Counted from the first letter of the stretch, positions 44,138-51,840 are shown. The stretch is 64,000 bases of DNA from an uncultured Dehalococcoidia bacterium (GCA_958295765.1 CATQHB010000002.1:2928091-2992090); one strand, 5' to 3'. The notes: generated from the sequence alone by a model not told the origin. Translations and numbers: made by a program.

Positions 44138-44245
44138 TATACGCCGGGCTTTTTCGCAGGGAAACGCCTGAAGGGTCAGGGCAACCGTCGGTAACCCGGG
44201 GGCCGGGAATGTTCCCTTGTTTTCCTGGTAGTCGGCGGCCCGCGC

Positions 44246-45829
44246 CTAGCGAAAATGTTTGACGGCTTCCCTGGCGTTCGCAATCAGCGATACGTGGAGT
44301 TCTCCCGCAACAATGACCGGCTCAACCGGAACCGGCTCGCCCAACGCCTCTAATTCCTCCGGTGATACGCGCTCATGGACCAGGTAGATTCTATTGGGGG
44401 CCTCCGGGAGCGCGCGGACTAAACCTCCCATCTCCCGGAGACAATCTGCAAAATCAGTCCAGCAGCCTTTCCTGCCATAGTGGTAGTTGCTCGGTTTTTC
44501 CGCTTGATGGAACTTTATCGTATGGGTGGCGTAACGGGTTACAAAAACCAGGTCTCCGGTTTCCCCATTCTCTTGCAGATAGGCGAGCACGGCCTGGGCG
44601 TTGTGGGGTTTCTCATAGGGACTATCGCGCAGCAGGTCGCCCACCCCGGCGATGACGATGGCGCCGGCCGCCGCGACGGTCAGCGCCGGCGCCAGCCACC
44701 CCCGCCGCGTCAGCCCGGCCAGACTTTTCGCCGCCCAATGGATGGCGACGCCGGCGGCCAGAAAGATGACCGGCCCCAGATAGATGTTCTGGCGACTCCC
44801 GCCCAGGGGATAAAAGGTCAGCAGGGCGGCGATAAGGGCGATACCCACAGCCAGCAGGGCCAGGATTGCAACGGGATTGAGTCGCCGCCGTTTCAGAGAT
44901 ACCACCAGCAGCAGGGCCAAGGCGACCAGCGCCGCTACCGCCACCACTTCCGGCAAGTGATAGGTCAATAAACGCCAAACCCGCGTAATCGAAAAATCCA
45001 GGAGCGCCGCCGGCTCAGCGAAGCCTCCCTGATAGCGATTATCCGGGTTGACAGTCGGCCCATAGCCCCAACGCTCCCACTGATAGCTCAAAGTAAGCAC
45101 GTAGGTCAGGGCGCACCCGACCATCAGGCACGCCTCCGGCCAGACCAGGTCGGCGCGCGCCTTGAGCCAATTAAGAACCCGGTTTAGGAACGAACTCCCT
45201 GCCGGCACCGCCAAAGTCGGGGAGCGGGGTAGAACTATCGCCGCGACCAGTACGGCGCCGGCGAACAGCACCAAGCCGTACTGGAGCAGCGGGGCCACGA
45301 ACAGCGCCACGCAGAGCAGGACTTTCTTGCCGTCCCGCAGATACCATAGCAACCCGGCAATCAGCAGCACCGCCAGCAATGCGTCAATGGAGTATTCCCG
45401 CGCATCCTGGGCGTGATAGATTGCGGCCACGGAAAGCGTCGCCAGCAGGGCCGCCAGAAACGCGGCCCACCGGTTCACTCCCAGGCGGGGCAGCAAGAAT
45501 AACAGCACCGCCACGGTCAGGACGCTGGCCGCCGCCGGCAGAACGCGGATGCTGAAGGTCGAGATGCCCGGTTTCTGCACCGCCCACAACGCCAGGGGAT
45601 ACAGGATGGGCGAGGAGTTCCGGCTGCGGGTAATGGGTAATACCTCAGAGAAGGCGCCGCTCACATTATCGGAGGCAATGGCTTCGTCATACCACACCGA
45701 CTGCCTCGGCAGGTCATAAAAGCGCAGCGCCACCGCCACCAGCAGCAGGCCCACGAACAACCCCGCCAGGGCCAGCCGTTCCGGGGAAACGCGCCCGCTG
45801 CGGGAAAGGACGGGAAGGTTAATTTTCAT
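44246..45829 (-). CDS. glycosyltransferase family 39 / ArnT-PMT-like membrane protein
   Basis: 527 aa from ATG 45829 (MKINLPVLS). ALRFYDLPRQSVWYDEAIAS is the W-DE-A first-loop motif typical of the PMT_2/ArnT type, with many TM helices. The ORF-track extension to 46093 is repeat-derived. Confidence 0.6.
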   Translation of the reverse strand: MKINLPVLSRSGRVSPERLALAGLFVGLLLVAVALRFYDLPRQSVWYDEAIASDNVSGAFSEVLPITRSRNSSPILYPLALWAVQKPGISTFSIRVLPAAASVLTVAVLLFLLPRLGVNRWAAFLAALLATLSVAAIYHAQDAREYSIDALLAVLLIAGLLWYLRDGKKVLLCVALFVAPLLQYGLVLFAGAVLVAAIVLPRSPTLAVPAGSSFLNRVLNWLKARADLVWPEACLMVGCALTYVLTLSYQWERWGYGPTVNPDNRYQGGFAEPAALLDFSITRVWRLLTYHLPEVVAVAALVALALLLVVSLKRRRLNPVAILALLAVGIALIAALLTFYPLGGSRQNIYLGPVIFLAAGVAIHWAAKSLAGLTRRGWLAPALTVAAAGAIVIAGVGDLLRDSPYEKPHNAQAVLAYLQENGETGDLVFVTRYATHTIKFHQAEKPSNYHYGRKGCWTDFADCLREMGGLVRALPEAPNRIYLVHERVSPEELEALGEPVPVEPVIVAGELHVSLIANAREAVKHFR

Positions 45830-45942
45830 AAATCCCCCGTCAAGCGCCCCGCGCCCCCGGCAAAGGCGGCGCCATAGGCCAGCATACCGCCAATAAACAA
45901 AACAAACAGGGCGTAGCGCAAAGGTGCGGGCAGGGTGAACAT
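45826..45942 (-). pseudogene. 38-codon upstream ORF, a relic 5' end of a third GT-C paralogue with its promoter
   Basis: MFTLPAPLRYALFVLFIGGMLAYGAAFAGGAGRLTGDL*. The first ~29 codons and ~60 nt of upstream sequence are near-identical to the 5' ends at 41668 and 44120. Its TGA overlaps ATG 45829 (TTATGA). Confidence 0.65.
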
Positions 45943-45950
45943 AGGGGGTT

Positions 45951-45959
45951 ATTGTAGCA
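45951..45959 (-). promoter_or_regulatory. extended -10 (TGCTACAAT) 8 nt before the relic ATG
   Basis: The minus strand reads ATATATGCTACAAT-aaccccct-ATG. Confidence 0.45.
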
Positions 45960-46052
45960 TATATGGGGGGCTTTTCCCGCAGAGGCGCAGAGTAACCGGG
46001 GCCGATACAAAGTCTGCGCCAAATCCAGAATCCGCTCCGCCAAATCCAGCAT

Positions 46053-46077
46053 CCGCTCATGGTGAGCTTGTCGAACC
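46053..46077. repeat. REP-A half element
   Basis: CCGCTCATGGTGAGCTTGTCGAACC. Confidence 0.75.
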
Positions 46078-46126
46078 ACGCCCCCGGTGTCATTGAAAGG
46101 TCAATGTCATCCCGAGAAAGGTTAAT

Positions 46127-46212
46127 GTCATTCCGACCGCAGGGAGGAATCTAAAAATCTTGAGCGGAGTCAAGGGCCGGCATTTTAGATTCCTCCCTCC
46201 GGTCGGAATGAC
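46127..46212. repeat. REP-E element
   Basis: Near-identical to 14055..14140. Confidence 0.9.
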
Positions 46213-46321
46213 ACAAGGGTTGGTAGGCCGGAATGGCGTAGGGGCTGGTCGGAATGACATAAGGGCTGGGCGGAATGGTGGGGTTTATGCTGCGATTGAC
46301 TTGGCTGACCTGCCACCGGCG

Positions 46322-46350
46322 TTGACAACGACATTCCCTATTGTTAGACT
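46322..46350 (+). promoter_or_regulatory. sigma-70-like promoter upstream of rhodanese 1
   Basis: TTGACA (46322-46327), 17 nt, TAGACT (46345-46350). Confidence 0.5.
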
Positions 46351-46420
46351 GGGCGCAACAAAACCCATCAGGAACTTTCTGTCTGAAGGGGCAAATTGAA
46401 GTGTCCTGATTAACTATACT

Positions 46421-46452
46421 TCAGGGGTGCTTATGCACCCCTGAAACTTTTT
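46421..46452 (+). terminator. intrinsic-terminator-like hairpin inside the rhodanese-1 leader
   Basis: TCAGGGGTGC-ttat-GCACCCCTGA followed by AACTTTTT. It ends about 30 nt before ATG 46484. There is no plus-strand gene upstream. Confidence 0.5.
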
Positions 46453-46483
46453 GTGCAAGTTGTAATAACGAAAAGCAGGCTTT

Positions 46484-47368
46484 ATGGTTACTGAAACAAG
46501 TTTTGCCCGCCCGGAGTACCTGGTTGACCCGGCGGGTCTGCAAGAACGATTGGGCCGGCCGGACGGCGCTAATCTGGTGGTGGTGGACCTGGACGCCGCG
46601 GCCGGCTACGCGCGGGGCCACGTCCCCGGAGCGGTTCACCTGCCGGATAACTACGAGCGGAACCCGGCTACCGGCTGGGTCAACACCCTGCCCCCGGATA
46701 AGTTCGCCGCCGTCTGCCAGAGCCTGGGCATCGGCGACGCTACCCAAGTGGTGGCCTACGACAACAACCTGAGCCTCTACGCCGCCCGTTTCTGGTGGAC
46801 GCTGAACTACTACGGCCATACCAACGTCCAAGTGCTGGACGGGGGCTGGCGGCGCTGGGCTGCCGAGGGCGGCCCCGTCAGTTTTGACCCCCCGGCGGCC
46901 CCCGCTGTGGCCCCCACCGGCGCCGAATTTACGCCCCGGATTGACCCGTCCTTGCTGGTCGGGTTTGACGAAGTTAAGGCCGGCTGCCTCCTGGAGGGCG
47001 CGGCCAGCGCCGGTAGTGCAGATACGGTTATCTGGGACACCCGCAGCGCCGGCGAGTATTCCGGCGCCGTCAACCGGGGCAATCAGCGGGCCGGACACAT
47101 CGCCGGGGCGGTGCATCTGGATTGGCTGGATTTGATGGATCGGGAAAGCCACCGTTTCAAGCCGGCGGGAGAAGTCCGGCGCATCCTCAACGCCAAAGGC
47201 ATCACTCCCGACAAGGCCGTCTTTGCCTATTGACAGGCCGGCCTCCGTGCGGCGCACGGCGTCTTTCTGCTGAACCTGCTGGGCTATCACCGGGCCAGCA
47301 ACTACGACGCGTCCATGTTCGAGTGGGCCAACCGGGAGGACGCGCCGATGGAAGGGGGGGACAATTAA
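46484..47368 (+). CDS. two-domain rhodanese sulfurtransferase with TGA (probable selenocysteine) at the catalytic position, copy 1
   Basis: ORF-track 46484..47233 stops at TGA 47231-47233. The same frame continues QAGLRAAHGVFLLNLLGYHRASNYDASMFEWANRED... to TAA 47366-47368, supplying the missing active-site loop [Cys]-Q-x-G-x-R-A and C-terminus. Confidence 0.7.
47245..47259 (+). promoter_or_regulatory. candidate SECIS hairpin, copy 1
   Basis: CCGTGC-GGC-GCACGG begins 11 nt after the TGA. It is identical in copy 2 although the flanking nucleotides differ. Confidence 0.45.
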
Positions 47369-47384
47369 GAATTAGGAATTAAGG
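47363..47384. repeat. REP-F AT-rich element (overlaps the rhodanese-1 stop codon)
   Basis: AATTAAGAATTAGGAATTAAGG. Confidence 0.8.
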
Positions 47385-47444
47385 TGGAATCTGATGATGA
47401 CGGTTGCTTGGCCCTGCAATGCCCTTCGGCGCATCGACGCCGGC

Positions 47445-47476
47445 AATTCTTAATTCCTAATTCCTAATTCTTAATT
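47445..47476. repeat. REP-F AT-rich element (just upstream of the rhodanese-2 RBS)
   Basis: AATTCTTAATTCCTAATTCCTAATTCTTAATT, inverted relative to 47363..47384. Confidence 0.8.
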
Positions 47477-47492
47477 ATAAAAAGGGGGTTTT

Positions 47493-48323
47493 ATGACTAC
47501 TGGAGCAGGGTTTGCCTACCCGGAGTACCTGGTGGATGCGGAGTGGGTGGCGGGCCACCTGGATGACCCGGACGTGGTGGTGGTGGACGGCGACGTGGAG
47601 GCCGGCTACCTGCGGGGCCATATCCCCGGCGCGGCGCTGGTGCCGGACAACTATGAGAAAGACCCGGATACCGGCCGGGTTCACATCCTGCCGCCGGACA
47701 AGTTCGCCGCAATGTGCCAGAACCTGGGCATCGGCGACGCAACGCTGGTGGTGGCTTATGACAACAATCAGAGCCTCTACGCCGCGCGCCTCTGGTGGGC
47801 GTTGAATTACTACGGCCATAGCAACGTCAAGGTGCTGGACGGGGGCTGGCGGCGCTGGGTTGCCGAGGGCCGCCCCATTGCCTTTGACCGCCCGGCGCCC
47901 CGGGCCGGCGCCGCCTTCACCCCCCAAATCGACGACTCTCTGATGGTCAAGGTGGACGAGTTGAAGGAGGCTTGCAGTCTCTCCGACTCCCTGATTTGGG
48001 ACGTGCGCAGCGACGGCGAATATACCGGGGCCAATGACCGGGGCAATAAGCGGGCCGGCCACATCCCCGGCGCGGTTCACCTGGAATGGTTCAACGTGAT
48101 GGAGCGGGACAGCCACCGTTTCAAGCCGGCGGAGGAAATCCGGCAGATGCTCAACGCCAAAGGCATCACCCCGGACAAGGCGGTCTTTGCCTATTGACAG
48201 GGCGGCATCCGTGCGGCGCACGGCGCATTTCTGCTCAAGCTGTTGGGCTACGACCGGGCCAAAAACTACGACGCCTCAATGGGCGAGTGGGCCAACCGGG
48301 AGGATACGCCCCTGGAGGTTTAG
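47493..48323 (+). CDS. two-domain rhodanese sulfurtransferase with TGA (probable selenocysteine) at the catalytic position, copy 2
   Basis: ORF-track 47493..48197 stops at TGA 48195-48197. The frame continues QGGIRAAHGAFLLKLLGYDRAKNYDASMGEWANREDTPLEV to TAG 48321-48323. Confidence 0.7.
48209..48223 (+). promoter_or_regulatory. candidate SECIS hairpin, copy 2
   Basis: CCGTGC-GGC-GCACGG begins 11 nt after the TGA. Confidence 0.45.
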
Positions 48324-48371
48324 GGCGGCCCGCTACCCGGCCATTGTAAAGTCAATACCACTGGCAATACC

Positions 48372-48597
48372 GGTATTCTCAACAGGTGTTGGTGTTCTGG
48401 TCGGAATACTTCAACTGCCGGTAGGGGCGGGTTTGTAACCCGCCCGGCCCGCAACGGCAGAATCATTAGAATCATTTGGGTAACGGAGCCATTGTATCCG
48501 ACACATCCTTGTACCGGAACCTGGGCGGGTTATAAACCCGCCCCTACCATCCACCGAAACCGGGCCGGCAGGATTGTCAACACCGGTTGAGAATACC
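48372..48597. repeat. REP-B full-length MITE-like element
   Basis: Outer GGTATTCTCAACAGGTGTTGG ... CAACACCGGTTGAGAATACC arms; inner pair at 48420..48548. Confidence 0.85.
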
Positions 48598-48605
48598 AGC
48601 AATAC

Positions 48606-48731
48606 CCGCTCATGGTGGAACAATATCGCTCATGGTGCGCACGATACCCGCTTATGGTGCGCACAACATCCGCTCATGGTGAGCCGGTCGAACCATCCCA
48701 ATTCCGTCCTTCGACAAGCTCAGGGTGAGCG
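48606..48731. repeat. REP-A cluster
   Basis: Three CGCT[CT]ATGGTG half arms, then a full element ending CTTCGACAAGCTCAGGGTGAGCGG. Confidence 0.8.
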
Positions 48732-48847
48732 GGACGGGTAGGACATAGCCATCGCAGCATAAACCCGTCGTTCCTGCAAGAAAAGCCCCCGGATACATCC
48801 GGGGGCTTTCTGCATAGTCCGGGATGGGGCCGCGCCGGCCCCGGGGG

Positions 48848-49441
48848 TCAGCCGTCGTAGGACGGGTTGCTGGGCATCTTCTCCAGGGGGACGACGTGCG
48901 ATAAGATGAACTGGGCCACGTCCCGGCGCATGGGGTCTTCCAGGTCGCAGTCCTTCAGGTAGCTGAACCCCGGGAAGGACTCTTCCATCATTTTCTTGAC
49001 CCGTATCTGGCCGTGCCGGGAGGCAATCAGGTACTCAACGCTGCTGGGGTCGCGGCCCATATGCGCCTGTTCCGCTTCGGCGTCGGCCAACTCGGCCTCG
49101 TAATCCACCCGGTCCACGACGGCCATATACTCCGTAGCCTCGCGGCGCTGGGTCTCTATCTCCTTGAACAGGTGGTAGAGCGCGGACACCAGGGTGGAGA
49201 CCTCATCCAGCATCTGGGGAACCCGGCCCTGCTTTTCGCTGACCAGGGTCATCTTCCGCTGGGACTCTTCCAGGGCCTGCTTCCGGGCCTTGTCCCAGCC
49301 GTGCTGCCGCTGGGCGCGGGCCAACTCGACCCGCAAAGTGGGGGCTTCCGCAGCCAGACCCCCCAGCTTTTGCACCGCATTTTCGGCCTCCTCGGCCTTG
49401 CGCAACCGTTCCTGTAGATCCAGGTTCACTCGACTTACCAT
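48848..49441 (-). CDS. hypothetical protein (helical, charged)
   Basis: 197 aa from ATG 49441 (MVSRVNLDLQERL). No family recognised. Codon usage and GC are consistent with a real gene. Confidence 0.4.
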   Translation of the reverse strand: MVSRVNLDLQERLRKAEEAENAVQKLGGLAAEAPTLRVELARAQRQHGWDKARKQALEESQRKMTLVSEKQGRVPQMLDEVSTLVSALYHLFKEIETQRREATEYMAVVDRVDYEAELADAEAEQAHMGRDPSSVEYLIASRHGQIRVKKMMEESFPGFSYLKDCDLEDPMRRDVAQFILSHVVPLEKMPSNPSYDG

Positions 49442-49934
49442 AATAATGCGACTCCTTATCTGAAAATCTGGCAATGACCTTGGGCGATGAGGAGCGGCGG
49501 TTAGTTCCGGCGGCTGCCGACGCCGGCGCAACGCCGGGTCAATGATTGAAGGCCGGCCGGTTATCGGCAGGGATTATAGATTGAATAATTGCTGGTTCCG
49601 TGCTGTCGGGAACGTGGCACGCTCCTCTGGTTGCTTGTGTATTTGGTTTACCTGGTGTTTATACTGCTCACCTCCTTACATCTCCCGACATTTTCCCCAG
49701 CCCGGTGGCCCTCAACCTCACTGCCAACACCACTGCCCCGGCCCACGATTTGGGGTAGTCCGCCCATTTAACCCCAGCGGCGGGAAATGTTGCAAGGCGG
49801 TTATGAGCCGAAAATCGGGGATTTTGAGACGCCGGCGGCTCGGTAGGAAAAACCCCCGTCATCCCTTATAATGCCCCGGAACAAACCCTATCCTGTAAAT
49901 CCTGTATATCAATGTTAAAAATAGGAGAGATATT

Positions 49935-50843
49935 ATGCCGATTGAGCAGCTATCCCCGGAACTGGCGGAGCTGATTGACCTGGACGCGGAGATACGGGAG
50001 TTGGGCAGCGGCTACGGCGGCGGCAACGGCCCGGCGGAAGGCCCCCTGTGGTGGCACGAAGGCGACTATCTCCTCTTCAGCGACATTCACAACGACCGGC
50101 GGATGAAGTGGGCCGAGGGCGAAGGCGTTACCCTTTTCTCCGAGCCGACCAACCGGGCCAACGGCCTGACCAGGGACTTGCAGGACCGCCTGCTGGCCTG
50201 CGAACACGATGGCCGCCGGGTGAGCCGCCTGAGCCGGGACGGAGAGCGCATTACCGTCATCGCCAACAGCTTTCAGGGCCGCCAGCTTAACCGCCCCAAT
50301 GACGTGGTGGTCAAGTCCGACGGCAGCATTTACTTCACCGACCCCTGGACTTTTCCCCGCCCGGCCAATCAGTGGGAGCAGCCCTTTTCCGGGGTTTATC
50401 GCGTCTCTCCCGACTTGGGAACTTTGACCCTGCTGGCCGCCGACTTCACCCTGCCCAACGGGTTGGCCTTCTCCCCGGACGAAAGCATCCTCTACGTCAA
50501 CGACTCCCGGCGGCGGCACATCCGGGCCTTTGAGGTGCTGCCCACCGGCGGCCTGTCCCTGGCCTCGGACCGGGTCTTTGCCGACCTGGGCGGGGCGCGG
50601 CCCGGCGTTCCCGACGGGATGAGGGTGGACGTGCAGGGCAACGTCTATTGCGGCGGTTCCGGCGGCCTGTGGATTCTGGACGCCGCCGGCCAGCACCTGG
50701 GAACCGTAGTTCACGGCCACGAGGCCACCACCAACCTGTGCATGGGCGGCGCCGACTGGCAAACCCTGTTCTTTACCACCCGCAACACCCTGGGCAGCGT
50801 GCGCCTGAAAATCGCCGGCATCCCGGCGCCTACGGATAGGTAA
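49935..50843 (+). CDS. SMP-30/gluconolactonase/LRE family protein (copy 1)
   Basis: 302 aa. AEGPLWW, RPNDVVVKSDGSIYFTDP, PNGLAFSPDES.LYV.DS and PDGMRVD.QGNVY. Confidence 0.85.
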   Translation: MPIEQLSPELAELIDLDAEIRELGSGYGGGNGPAEGPLWWHEGDYLLFSDIHNDRRMKWAEGEGVTLFSEPTNRANGLTRDLQDRLLACEHDGRRVSRLSRDGERITVIANSFQGRQLNRPNDVVVKSDGSIYFTDPWTFPRPANQWEQPFSGVYRVSPDLGTLTLLAADFTLPNGLAFSPDESILYVNDSRRRHIRAFEVLPTGGLSLASDRVFADLGGARPGVPDGMRVDVQGNVYCGGSGGLWILDAAGQHLGTVVHGHEATTNLCMGGADWQTLFFTTRNTLGSVRLKIAGIPAPTDR

Positions 50844-50922
50844 CATGGATATACAGGATAAACAGGATATATTTTGTTTCCCTTAAATCAAATTATCCTG
50901 TGAATCCTGTATATCCATGTTA
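50841..50922. promoter_or_regulatory. perfect 19-bp inverted repeat spanning the stop of copy 1 and the 5' UTR of copy 2
   Basis: TAACATGGATATACAGGAT (50841-50859) pairs with ATCCTGTATATCCATGTTA (50904-50922). A nested ACAGGATA/TATCCTGT pair lies inside. Only the right half also precedes copy 1 (about 49886-49913). Confidence 0.5.
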
Positions 50923-50943
50923 AGAAAATAAAGGAGGGATATT

Positions 50944-51840
50944 ATGGCGATTGAACAGTTATCCCCGGAACTGGTGGAACTGATTGACCTGGATGCGGCG
51001 ATAACCGAACTGGGCAGCGGCTACGGCGGCGATGCCGGGCCGGCGGAAGGCCCCCTGTGGTGGCAGGAAGGCGGCTATCTTCTGTTCAGCGACATCGGCA
51101 ACAACCGCCGGATGAAGTGGGCCGCGGGGGAAGGGGTCAGCCTGGTTATGGAGCCGACTAACCGGGCCAACGGCCTGACCCGCGACCCTAAAGGCCGCCT
51201 GCTGGCCTGCGAACACGAAACCCGCCGGGTTACTCGCACCGAACCCGACGGCAGTATAACCGTCGTCGCCAGCAGCTACCGGGGCCGTCGCCTGAACCGG
51301 CCCAACGACGTAATCGTCAAGTCTGACGGCAGCATCTACTTCACCGATCCCGGCTTTCCGGCGCCGGGCCTGGACCTGGACGTGAACGGCGTCTATCACG
51401 TTACCCCCGACCTGGGAACTATCACCCTGATTGTCTGGGACTTCACCCGCCCCAACGGGCTGGCCCTTTCCCCGGATGAGAGCGTGCTGTATATCAACGA
51501 CACCCGCCGCCGCCACATCCGGGCCTTTGACCTGGAACCCAACGGGATGCCCCTGCTGGCGACCGACCGGGTTTTCTGCGACCTGAACGGAGAGCGGCCC
51601 GGCAACCCGGACGGGATGAAGGTGGATAGCGCCGGCAACGTCTATTGCGGCGGCGCCGGCGGCATCTGGGTCACTGACTCGTCCGGCAAACCCCTGGGCA
51701 TTATCGACCACGGGGCGCCCGGAACGACCAACGTAGCCTTTGGCGGCGCCGACTTGCAGACCCTATTTTTCACCACCCGCCACACCCTGGGCAGCGTCCC
51801 GGTAAAGGTAGCGGGAATACCGGTGCCTGCCGGGGGCTAA
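50944..51840 (+). CDS. SMP-30/gluconolactonase/LRE family protein (copy 2)
   Basis: 298 aa, carrying the same motifs as copy 1. RBS AAAGGAGGG. Confidence 0.85.
   Translation: MAIEQLSPELVELIDLDAAITELGSGYGGDAGPAEGPLWWQEGGYLLFSDIGNNRRMKWAAGEGVSLVMEPTNRANGLTRDPKGRLLACEHETRRVTRTEPDGSITVVASSYRGRRLNRPNDVIVKSDGSIYFTDPGFPAPGLDLDVNGVYHVTPDLGTITLIVWDFTRPNGLALSPDESVLYINDTRRRHIRAFDLEPNGMPLLATDRVFCDLNGERPGNPDGMKVDSAGNVYCGGAGGIWVTDSSGKPLGIIDHGAPGTTNVAFGGADLQTLFFTTRHTLGSVPVKVAGIPVPAGG

Noticed and set aside
47386-47444. Small ORF or mobile element between the two REP-F arms separating the rhodanese genes
   Set aside because: The 60-nt spacer has no ORF and is made of words (GATGACGGTTGCTTGG) that recur next to other repeats. 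There is no evidence for coding capacity.
46484-48197. Treating the two rhodanese ORFs as truncated pseudogenes ending at TGA, as the ORF track implies
   Set aside because: The TGA falls on the catalytic Cys codon in both diverged copies. The downstream frame also stays open and conserved to a normal C-terminus. Recoding as Sec is the better explanation, pending a check for Sec machinery.
49542-49871. 109-aa plus-strand ORF as a real gene
   Set aside because: It has Cys/Arg/Pro-rich composition, no RBS and no recognisable domain. It was probably called only because the region lacks stop codons.
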